Program-made: the position numbers and the translations under genes
IMG/VR virus record: IMGVR_UViG_3300042541_000805
Span: 55-64,054 of that record
DNA from: a virus
Taxonomy: Duplodnaviria > Caudoviricetes
Strand: one strand, 5' to 3'
Length of the DNA: 64,000 nt
Shown here: piece by piece, positions 36,701 to 46,300 of the stretch
Layout of the letters: the number at the start of each line of letters is the position of its first letter
Numbering within the stretch: the stretch's first letter is position 1
The notes under the pieces: generated by a model
The model's input: only the letters and a program-made list of their open reading frames with translations
Databases searched by the model: none
Told to the model about the DNA's origin: nothing

Positions 36701-38040
36701 TTTTTACCCGGACTTGAAGTCCCTATACCAACATTCCCTGCGTTTGTTACAGAAAATATTTCACCTGAATTTGTTTTAATTCCTAGAGCATAATAAGCGT
36801 TACTAGTCCCCCCATTAGAGATAAATAATGTAGGTTTATTAGCAGATGTCCAAGTTCCTCCTCCATTTTCCGCTACTTCTAATTTACCCGTTGGAGTTGC
36901 AGTTCCAATACCAACACTTGTACCATTATCAAAAACTAAAGAGTTCCCTATTGTACTCGTACCTGTAAACTTAGGCAAGTAGTTAGTTGTACCACTACCG
37001 CCAATTTTATTATTGAAAGTTGTCCAATCAGTAGAAGATAAATATCCATTCGTTGAAGTACTTGATTGAGCAATACTAAATACCCCACTACCATTATAGC
37101 TAAGTGGAGATGTAGCAGATAAGTCACCAAAGTCAACCTTTGCATCAAATGCCGACCAATCGATAGAACTTAAAGCCCCTCTTTTAGTAGCCGATGCTGT
37201 AGGTAAATTAAATGTATGCGTATCTGTTACACTTGAAATAGCAAAGTCACTACCACTTGTACCAACAGCAAAGTTCTGCACTTGAGCAGTTAAACCATTT
37301 AACGCTGTTAAGCCTGTAGTAAATGTTGTGATAACTTGACACAAGTGACCATTCTGTGTATGGAGTGTAATTGTCCTCCCACTATGGTTAACATAAACCC
37401 TAACAGCTAACCTATCAGTTAATGTTAAGGTAGTTGTAGGGATTGCTAATGCAGTAATATATAAATCTGTAGCTGTACCGCCTGTAATAGATTCAGGAGC
37501 AGTAGAACCACTTGCAATTAAGGTAAGCGTAGTACCATCGTATTTATATAATTCTACATAAAAACTTGGAGTACCACCACCTGAACTTGCAGAGAAAAAC
37601 ATCTCAAAGTTCCAGTTACCACCCGGTATATTTAACAATGCAGGGTCACCCGCATCCGTTACAAACTGAGCAACATAACCATCTGCATTAATACTAAAAT
37701 CAGCGTTTGTTCCTATTATAGCAGTTTTGCTCATTTCATAATAAGTGTTACCACCTATCGTCCCTTGAGAAACACTACCATTCAAATAGTAGTTTACTGA
37801 TGATCCGCCCCCGCCCCCACCTTGAGAGAACGTAGCCAAGCTACCATCACCCCTTACATATTGAGAAGTTGTACCTGTTGGATACGGATAATAGTTTTGA
37901 TTCTTAACAAAAGCCGTAGTAGCAATGTTGGTAGAATTATCACTCGTAGTAGGCGTTAATGCTGTAGCGGTGTTATTTAATGTCGTAACACCATCTACAG
38001 TTATCCCCGCCTTTGCGTATAAAACAGATAAAAAATTCAT
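33733..38040 (-). CDS. Long modular tail fibre
   Basis: 1435 aa Gly/Ser/Thr-rich; GNVGIGT and KLDVNGTAR repeats; IATTAFV motif. Confidence 0.88.
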   Translation of the reverse strand: MNFLSVLYAKAGITVDGVTTLNNTATALTPTTSDNSTNIATTAFVKNQNYYPYPTGTTSQYVRGDGSLATFSQGGGGGGSSVNYYLNGSVSQGTIGGNTYYEMSKTAIIGTNADFSINADGYVAQFVTDAGDPALLNIPGGNWNFEMFFSASSGGGTPSFYVELYKYDGTTLTLIASGSTAPESITGGTATDLYITALAIPTTTLTLTDRLAVRVYVNHSGRTITLHTQNGHLCQVITTFTTGLTALNGLTAQVQNFAVGTSGSDFAISSVTDTHTFNLPTASATKRGALSSIDWSAFDAKVDFGDLSATSPLSYNGSGVFSIAQSSTSTNGYLSSTDWTTFNNKIGGSGTTNYLPKFTGTSTIGNSLVFDNGTSVGIGTATPTGKLEVAENGGGTWTSANKPTLFISNGGTSNAYYALGIKTNSGEIFSVTNAGNVGIGTSSPGKKLDVVGTTDTSIRVRDTGGASLELYQQATSSYILATNTLITYTGGSERMRVDATGNVVIGAITPTATLDVRSKAASGSITAPTFRAFGYDTDSYFQVNNNASNSADIKLTRSDATTMFEINGHTGLAYFNGNVLIGGTALPLNRKISIEGNITGGTTAYGIDQFVTISSGVTTSMFGYRSNPSTAAAAFTLPDLYHFYANDVAIGAGSAVTRQYGFFSNIASGTGDWNLYMGGTAANYMNGNLLIGTTTDAGFKLDVNGTARIVGAVTTNSSSGFRLDSAGSILFSLGYSGGTLLDRLTGTAIRIAENGTPQLTIATGGAATFSSSVTASSLIKSGGTSSQFLKADGSVDSNTYQTTITLTTIGTSGAATLVGSTLNIPNYADTDTGITSLNGLTALTQTFAVGTSGTDFGISSASSTHTFNLPTASATNRGALSSADWTTFNNKQNALTNPITGTGSTNNLPKFTGSTALGNSNLVNDTIGNLGLGITPVNSYTPSLSLEIGANGILWSEKATSSFNSIFIGLNSYFNSAGNPLYKNTGLLASRYTQSQGSHIWDTAPSGTANGAITFATNMRLDANGQLGLGVTPSAWSGFKALQTVGGSLIGAAGELQLWQNAYYDGASKYYATGTATRYGMTAGQHRWYYAVSGTANAALTWVQAMTLDASGRLGIGITSPLGKLQVVLPTYTNEDTDSQQAIFGSGTNGYGVRIGYSESGNYGVINSIKPAVAWGNLVLQSGGGNVLIGTTTNSSYKLDVNGTARVSGKLTVDNNSGISILASTNFGMNMYFDNATGYSYIDSKYDSAGSGRLYIRTRTNGTPVNALMFLGTGAATFSSSVTATNFIVPGGTSAQFLKADGSLDSNVYLTSTSSTFSYTASVTLSPTWQNTGVSSANLGTGVYLVTCNANDFGVGGLQYNCTYTGLMYFFAGATNGSDANEIVLHHTGHADNGRYIYLRTLNTVSADGKTYLQISGNGTNSAASNYQLTFKKLL

Positions 38041-38052
38041 ATTTTATTTAAA

Positions 38053-39030
38053 TTATTTTTTTATAATCACCCTGTATTGATTTAAAGATGGTGCAACCGC
38101 AAATGTTACGGTAACAACAGCTGTAGAAGTTCTAGCAACATCAGCATAAACTGTGTCACCTGTTGAAACCTCTGCAATCTGTACAACAACATCTAATGTA
38201 TTCAATCCATGAGTTAATGCAAATGATGTAGCAGATGCGTTACCAATTGTAACAGCGTAACCACCAACCCTTGCATCTAATAATGTTTTTAATTTTAAAG
38301 GTGTAACGATTGTTAAATCATTCGTACCTGTATTTGTTTCTGCTTGTGTAGCAAGTCTTGCAATACCAGCAACAGTTTCTGTCGCTTGAGTTACATTCGT
38401 TTGTAAGATTGTCCAATCTGTAGTTGAACTAACATTTGGATTATCAATATTCGCAATAATAACATCCCCAACTTCTAACACAGCACCATTAACAGTTCCA
38501 GCAGATGTTACTCTCCAGTAGTCACCCTTGTTTGTTCCACCCGGTGCAACAGGGAATGTTGAAGCAGAACCTGCAGCAAAACCACCAACGAAGTAACCTA
38601 ATGAAGCAACCGCAGAGTCTACATAAGTCTTAACAGCATTTTCAGTTGTTAACTTTACCGATGAGTTACCTGTAATTGAATCTGTCCAAGCAGCTGTAGC
38701 TAACTTTGCAAATGTAGTACCACCATCCTTCAAACGGATTGTGTTTGTACCGATTTCAATAGTAGAGTTATCTACTACTACCTGCAAGGTAATTGCACCT
38801 GCTGTACCACCGCCTGACATACCTGATCCCGAAGGAGTAAGTACCGCTGTGATATCACCAAACGTAGCCCATGCTGTACCATTGTAGTAGTACAAGACAT
38901 CGTCTGTAGTGTTGTAATAAATTTGACCCTCAACTGGTGATGAAGGTACTGTTGAACGTGGGTCTACGACAAGGTTTATAACCGTTGTCCCTGATCCCAT
39001 TTGAATGTCGGTGAGGAATTTCTGTGCCAT
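38053..39030 (-). CDS. Virion fibre / structural protein
   Basis: EGQIYYNTTD, ATETVAGIARLATQAE, THGLNT motifs typical of fibres. Confidence 0.75.
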   Translation of the reverse strand: MAQKFLTDIQMGSGTTVINLVVDPRSTVPSSPVEGQIYYNTTDDVLYYYNGTAWATFGDITAVLTPSGSGMSGGGTAGAITLQVVVDNSTIEIGTNTIRLKDGGTTFAKLATAAWTDSITGNSSVKLTTENAVKTYVDSAVASLGYFVGGFAAGSASTFPVAPGGTNKGDYWRVTSAGTVNGAVLEVGDVIIANIDNPNVSSTTDWTILQTNVTQATETVAGIARLATQAETNTGTNDLTIVTPLKLKTLLDARVGGYAVTIGNASATSFALTHGLNTLDVVVQIAEVSTGDTVYADVARTSTAVVTVTFAVAPSLNQYRVIIKK

Positions 39031-39031
39031 G

Positions 39032-39757
39032 TTAGTTTAAGTATGCCTCACCTTTTATTGTAGATGAGAATGTTATTGTTAATTGGTTATTTGTGTTGTA
39101 TGTTATATCTCCATTTACTACATCCCCATCTAAATCTATCACCGTAACTGAAGGTCTAAATCCTAAATTATGTGTTATTGTCCACGCAGCACTATTTGCA
39201 CTTTGTATGTGTCTGTATGACTGCGGTATATCAAATGATAATACCGAACCATCGCTACTAATTAAATCTACTATGTAAGTTTCTCCCAATGTAACATTGG
39301 TGTCTACAAGCATATGATTACTAGCCTCAGTCCACTCTGCAACCCTAGCATCATTCTCAGCGATCACAATTGGATCGTCAGGGTCTAAAGCTGGAGCTGA
39401 TAATCTTACGATACCATACGCCAAGTTAGTAGCCTTAGCAACGAAACCTATAAAGATTTGGTTGATAAGCTGAGTCATTTGAGGATTATGAACCTCGTAG
39501 GTAGTAGAAAGGAAGTTAGCAGGTAGGTAGTCTAGCAATGTATTAAACTGCTCATTAATTAACTGCTCCTGCGTTGGCACATAATCAATATTATATTGAA
39601 TAGTTTTGATTAAAGCCTTTACAATTCTAACCCTACTCCACTCATACTCTGTAATGTTCTCACCTGTGCTACTCTTTACTAAAATACTATACCAATACTG
39701 TGCAAGAACAATCCTTGCATATACTAAATATACCTGTATCTCACTTATTGGTCGCAT
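39032..39757 (-). CDS. Tail-associated structural protein
   Basis: YGIVRLS; C-terminal WTITHNLGFRPSVTV. Confidence 0.65.
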   Translation of the reverse strand: MRPISEIQVYLVYARIVLAQYWYSILVKSSTGENITEYEWSRVRIVKALIKTIQYNIDYVPTQEQLINEQFNTLLDYLPANFLSTTYEVHNPQMTQLINQIFIGFVAKATNLAYGIVRLSAPALDPDDPIVIAENDARVAEWTEASNHMLVDTNVTLGETYIVDLISSDGSVLSFDIPQSYRHIQSANSAAWTITHNLGFRPSVTVIDLDGDVVNGDITYNTNNQLTITFSSTIKGEAYLN

Positions 39758-39762
39758 CCTTA

Positions 39763-40248
39763 TTAACTACAAACACAAGTTAAACTATATACCGATGGTA
39801 TTCTATTTAGAAATTCTTGGCTTATGGCTAATATATTAATAGAGGCATAAGATACAGCACTATTCCTATAATTGTCAATCCTTTCCATCCTATTTAAAAT
39901 ACAATCAGAACACCCTCCATTATCTAATTTGTCATCCAATTCTGCTCCTAAACTTCTGTAGTATGCGTCTGTATTGCAAGTGGCTATATATACTATAGTG
40001 ATATCGTAAAGCTCGTTTACTATCATCTTTATAGACATTGTATAGTCTTTGTCAATTAAAACTTCAAGCGTATCGCCAGTTCCGTCAACAATAGGAAAGT
40101 TAAAAACATCTACAGATGCATCAGAGTAAGTAACCTCTACAGATCTTGTAGTAGCGGTTATATCATCATAGTTCAATGACGTATCAGTAAGCGTAAATAA
40201 CTCACAATTAACGGTTTGTGAACAAGAAAAGTTGATTTCAAATGCCAT
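39763..40248 (-). CDS. Tail-associated structural protein (hub-like, inferred)
   Basis: First gene of fibre operon after -7 box 40271-40278; Cys-rich C-terminus. Confidence 0.5.
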   Translation of the reverse strand: MAFEINFSCSQTVNCELFTLTDTSLNYDDITATTRSVEVTYSDASVDVFNFPIVDGTGDTLEVLIDKDYTMSIKMIVNELYDITIVYIATCNTDAYYRSLGAELDDKLDNGGCSDCILNRMERIDNYRNSAVSYASINILAISQEFLNRIPSVYSLTCVCS

Positions 40249-40280
40249 ATGATAAGGGTATTATTCATAGCAAATATAAC

Positions 40281-40309
40281 AAAAAAAAGGGGCTTATTAC
40301 AGCCCCCTT
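40281..40309 (-). terminator. Intrinsic terminator of giant gene
   Basis: GGGGCT/AGCCCC stem with U8 tract on minus strand. Confidence 0.85.
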
Positions 40310-40313
40310 AGTC

Positions 40314-43300
40314 TTAATCATCTTTGCCAAATCCATCTTCATTTGACTTTCTTATATCCTTTCGTCTATTTTTATATTGCTCAGCCTTAATTTCATATAA
40401 GAAACCTTGTGACACTTTATTTAAGTTACCTGCAAAACGAGGGTTATAATTTTTATTCCACAATAATACTGCAAGATTTAAAGTTTGTGTTGCCTGCATT
40501 GCTACAGCTTCCCTACCTAATTCTTTATCAAATTGCTTACCATTAGCCATATCAGATATTATATCAGCATTACTAGAAAGTATACCTCCTAGATATGATA
40601 ATCCAGATATAGCTGATGCAGCTTCTACCCCTGCTACCATTCCAATTTTATATTGGGTTGGGTATGAATTTAAAAATAAATTAGCACTTCTACCTGCTTT
40701 TATAGCAGTATTATATTTTGCCTCATTTTCTTTTTTATTTTCACTAAATTGTCCACTTTTCTTTAAGAAGAATAAACTAAGAGCTACAATAGGTCTAGCT
40801 ATGTTTTGGAATCTACCTAATGACATAGTAGTAATAGCACCTAAAAAGTCTTGTGTAAATGCATCACCAGTTAGCCATTGCTCTTTAAATTGGTTATATT
40901 CCTCAACAAAATATTTAGCATCTAATAATTTTTCTTCATCTCTTTCGCCAATTGCACTCCCTATTGTTTCGATCCCAGCTGTAATAAGTCCAATAGCAAT
41001 ATCCATTGTAGCAATGTATATCATTTGTGATACAACAGACCTTGAAATCCTACCCGCTAAAGCAACTGATTTATTATTTCTATTTCCATTGCCTTTATAG
41101 ATATCAACCATCAATGCCTTTATAACTTCTGAATCATTATTATTATACCCAGTTAAGTTAAAAATTGTCCTCATCCATTTATCTTTCCTAGGTATTTTCC
41201 AACGATTAATAATAGGAATTAACGTAATGTATTCTGCTTTAGATAAAGGGTTTTTAGATATTAAGTTTTTAGCAATAAATAAATCTGCTTCGTCCCTAGC
41301 TTTAGTAAACTCTCTAATGTTATCTAGATAATATTTTTGTGGATTTTCGTTATAAGCATTTGCGTCAAATTTTGTACCTGATATTTTTTCAAAGTTTTTG
41401 ATAAATAATGGTAAGTAAGTTTGAGCCACAATAAGTCTATCTGCCCAAGCTGTTTTAATAGCTTTATTCCCTTGTATCATTTGACCCTGAATACTTGCAG
41501 AAGTTTGACCTGCCGTTTTTTCTGCTTCAGACCATAAGAACTCCCCTCCAAGTTGAGTAGCAATTTCATATGCTGCTTTATCTCTATTATTTAACTCCTC
41601 TATATAATCTGCATCATAAGTGTTTGTTAATTTACCAAACTTTTCCTCAACAAATTTCATCATTATTTTAGCACCTTCTTCAGAGGTAGCTACCTTTTCT
41701 AAGTTAGATAGATAATCAGAAGGTTGTCTAATATCATTTGTAACTAATAGCGTATTTTGAGTATTTAATAAAGTACTGATTAATTTATCACCACCCTTAG
41801 ATTGTCCTACTATAAACTCAGTCTGTAGCATTAAACTTATAGAATCTCTACAAGCCGTTAAGAATCTTTGTTCACCCTCAGACTTAGATTTATTCTCCGC
41901 TAATTTTAATGCATCTATTGAGTTTTCTATAATCCCTTTTAGTGAATACTCCATCATAACATCGTTAGAATGCATTTGTAATATTCTTTCAGGATCAATA
42001 ATTCTAGGTGCTAAACCATCACCAACACGACTATAAGTAGCAGATGAATTTTTCTTTAAGTTTTGAAACGCATCAGAACCTTTGCTTATAGATTCTGCAA
42101 AATCTTTCCCTGTTATATCTTTACCTATAGCCCCTGTAGCATATTGTCTTGGTGCATAATTAATAGCAGCAAGGTATTGCTCACCTTTTTTAATTGAGTT
42201 AATCTCAGTAAAAGATTCGTAAGACTTAATAGTTTTTCTAAATACTTTTATATAATTACCTAGAACCTCATCAATCCCTCCTAATTTATTTATTACTTTT
42301 TCAACTCCTTCTGGTGTATGTAAAATTGAATTTTCATTTCCTACAGAAGGATCAAGTCTTTTAATAATATCATATGCTTTTTCATAATCTTTCATTAAGT
42401 CTTCTATTCTCTTAGTAGCATCATCACTTTTAGCATTTTTTATAAAACTATTTTTGTTTTCAATAACATAGCCAGCATAATCTTTATATTTTGCCTTTTC
42501 TGCATTAGGTAAATTTGATATATAATCTAGTTGTTGTATTAAAATAGCTATTGCGTGTTTAACATCTTGCATAGATTTATCATATCCAACAACCTTACCT
42601 ATATCTGAAGTCTTTAAAGAACCTACTACCTTGCCAAAGAAAACTCCTTTTTTAACTTTTACACTTACTTTAAGTTTATCTACTGCATTACTTATTTTTA
42701 CAAATTCAGTATTATTTTTAGCTGTAATAAAATCTTTTCTCGCTAATGCTGTACCATATGGTTGATATATATTATTGTAATATAAATTCACATCACCCAT
42801 TCCTAAGAATGAATCCACATTATGCTTAGCATGAGTAGTCATGATGTTAGATAAATCAGACTTAGTTTTAGCCCCATCATATTCAGAATCCATTTTTTTA
42901 ATATCTTTAGCAAAAGCAGTATCACCTTCAATAACCTTAGCTAAATCGCTTGTAATATCATTCTTAAATAGAATGGTTGCTACTTTGTTATATGAATCAT
43001 AAATCTCAGGATGTACGTAACCTTCCATTGCCTGTTCTGAATAGAACATAAAATCAGCAATCTCTTCTATTGACATCTCATTTAATACATCTTCAGTAAC
43101 GCTATTAGCAAAGGCAGATAAATCAGAACTTAATAATGTAAATGTATCATCACTAACATCAGCATCTTCTTTAAATTGCTTAGATAATGTGTAGTCTTTT
43201 AAATCAACTGCTATATCAGTAGCATCAGATACTATAGATTCTTTAAATTTAGCTATCTCTTCTCTAATAGGTTCAGATAATTCATCTTCAATACGACCTT

Positions 43301-46300
43301 CTACTTCTGATAATAAAATAGGATCAGCTTTAAAATCTGGTAATATTGAATTTATTTTATTAAGTACTCTATTGTATGCTTTAATAGACCTTTTTAATGA
43401 TAAATAATCATCCAAACTTTCTATCTCTTGCTCTGAATCAATAAATTCATTAATATTATCATATGTTTTATTTAATGATTTTGTAAGGTTCTCTTTAGCG
43501 TATTTAACCTCTACTTCTGTTGCCTGATCTTTATTTATTAAGTTAAGTTCTACGAATTTATTTAAATTTTGATAAATCTCTTTTATGTTCATAAACTTAC
43601 CACCATCAGCAGTTTCAGCACCCAAACTATTATAAGTTCTATCTAACGCTTCTTTTAATGATGTTTGCTCAGCAGATAACACCTCATTTATTTTATCTAC
43701 TAAACTAGCCATATTAGGCTTACTTGTTAATAGTTGTTTAGAAACATCAATAAAGTTATCAATATCATTTTCAGATAAGTATTTTAAATTTATCGTCTTT
43801 AATCTAGCAATCAATTGGGTAGCATTACCTTTATTTTTTGTAGATAATGCCTTTTTAATTTTTTGTGCTGTAATATATTTCTCAATAAATTCAGCTTTAG
43901 CCATTATGCTATCTACTTTATTTATAAATAAGTCTAAATTCTTTGTAGAAGAAACTTTAGCAGCTTTAGTAATAAGACCCTTTAAAATGTTTTGTTTAAC
44001 AATTCCTATTTTTTTAGATTTTAAGTAATCTATAGCTGTATTAAATATTTCATCAGAGATTTTCATCTTAGCCTTAGATGTTTCCCTACCTTCAGCTTTA
44101 CCTTGTTTATAAGATATATTTCTGTCTTTAAGGTAGTCTTCAAAACTCATTGAAACTCTTTCTTTTTCTCCTAAGAATTTAACCTTTGCATCATCATATA
44201 TTTTAGTTAATTCAGTTGGGGTATTTCTACCAAAATCTAAATTAAATTTCTTTTTTATTTCTGCTTTAAAGTTATCTATAGATTTTATAGTTTTGTTTTT
44301 AATTCCTTCATAAGCATATTGAGTTAAGTCATTTGCTAAAGGTGATTCTTTTATAGCCTTTCTAGATTTTTGTTCATCTGTAAGTTCTATCTTTTTTGTT
44401 TCATCCTTTATCTTTCTAAATAAAACTTCTTTCGTTTTTTTACTAGCTTTAAACGAAACTTCTTTAGCCCCTAAGATATCTTTTAATGCACCATCAATAA
44501 ACTCTTCTAGCGTTAAATTTTCAACTTGTTTAGGTGTAAGGTTTTTTAAAGAGGGGAATTTTTCTTGAATATATTTATATAACCCAACTAACCATTCTTT
44601 AAATTTACTCTTTTTAGCTGCATCTGTGATAGATTCTCCTCTATTACCAATTAATATAGCTAATGCTTCTTTTTTGGCTTTTAGAGTATCTCCATACATT
44701 TCAGTAGCATCAGAAAACTCTTTTGTTCCTTTAACTAAATCAAGTCCTTTATTAAATAAAGCAGAGTTACTATTTTCAAGTAAATCAATCCAAATGTGAC
44801 CAACCTCGTGAATAGGAGTATTTAAACTACTAAACTCTGGGTTTAAATATACGTGACCATCTTTTGTTAATCCATATACAACTTCATTTTCTTTTACAAA
44901 TTTCTTAACATTTTCTGAATCTAAAACATCACCCCAAGTATTTTCATCTGTAAAGAATTGCACTTTAGGAAAAGATAATTGTAAATACCCGATAATTTTA
45001 TTTAAATCATTTGGAGATTCTCCAATAGGTTTATTCCTTAATACAACATTGTTTAATGCAGCTGGTAGCCCAGCGGAAACCATTTCATTCCCACTAACTT
45101 TTTTACCTTTTCTTTCAGCAGTTAATAATTTATTTACAATATTTCCATATGCAGCTGGCATTACACTAGCTAAATGTGAAGTTTCTTCCAATACGCCTAA
45201 TCCTTGACCTTTTAAAGCAGCAGGATAATTAGGATGTGTTTTAATTATAACTGGCTTATCTTCACTTATGTCTATACCAACAAAACTAATAATATGTTTA
45301 TCGGGTACATTCTCTAGTGATTTATCAGCTAAATTATCTATTAAGTTACCAAGATTAATTCTTTTTATTTCTGCTTTTGGAAGATCTCCTATTAATGCTT
45401 TTGCAACATCTTTTTTAACAGTTAATTTACTTTCACTTGGTATAAGATCTGCCTTACCACTCGTAAATCTAGATATTAATAATGGTCTAGTCCCAATGTC
45501 TAGTTCGGTTGATCTTTTTAAAAGTTCATCAAAAGATTTTACAGTCTTTAATAACTCTAATATTTTTTTATAACCCCTACTTGAAGCCATATCTGCTGGA
45601 GTAGGATCACCATTTGCTTTATTAATTCTTTTTTGTACTACACTTAATTGGTTTTTAATATCTCCTTCAAGTAAATTAAATGCATTTACTTTATTTTCTT
45701 TAGGGATTACACCATCTGATAAGTTGTCAATTATTTGTCTTATTACTGCTTCATTAGATGACATTGCAGATTTACCCATTTTAACAACAGCAACAGGTAT
45801 ATGATTTTTAGGCAATTTGCCATCTGCCCATAACTTATCAAATAATTCTTGGTTATTATTATAAATACTTTTAGCCACATTTAATGTATCTGTAGCTGTA
45901 TCTGTATCTGTATAAGCCCACGCATATCCAGTATTACCTTTTGAATAAGGGAATAAATTACCTCCATTTAAATTATCAATTTTATTACCAGTTATTGGAT
46001 TTACTACATCACCAGTTGTTAATTCATCTGATATAGTAACCATTATTGGAATACCTTTATAATCAGCTATTGTAACAATATTTGGCTGTTTAGCTAATCC
46101 TTTTCTATTTTTGATAGATTTAATGTCTAATTTACCTTTTGATAAGGTAGACTCAGAAGGATCAACTTCTATATTAACCCCTTCTAATTTATTTATTTCA
46201 TCTACAATACTTTCTGTATCTTCAATTACATATTGTTTTTTACTAAATGCAACATCTTCTTTTTTAGCAATCTTTAATTTTTTACCTTGTGATTTATTAA

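Noticed and set aside
30264-38040. Diversity-generating retroelement or invertase shufflon acting on fibres
   Set aside because: No reverse transcriptase or site-specific recombinase recognised; repeat differences are not adenine-specific.
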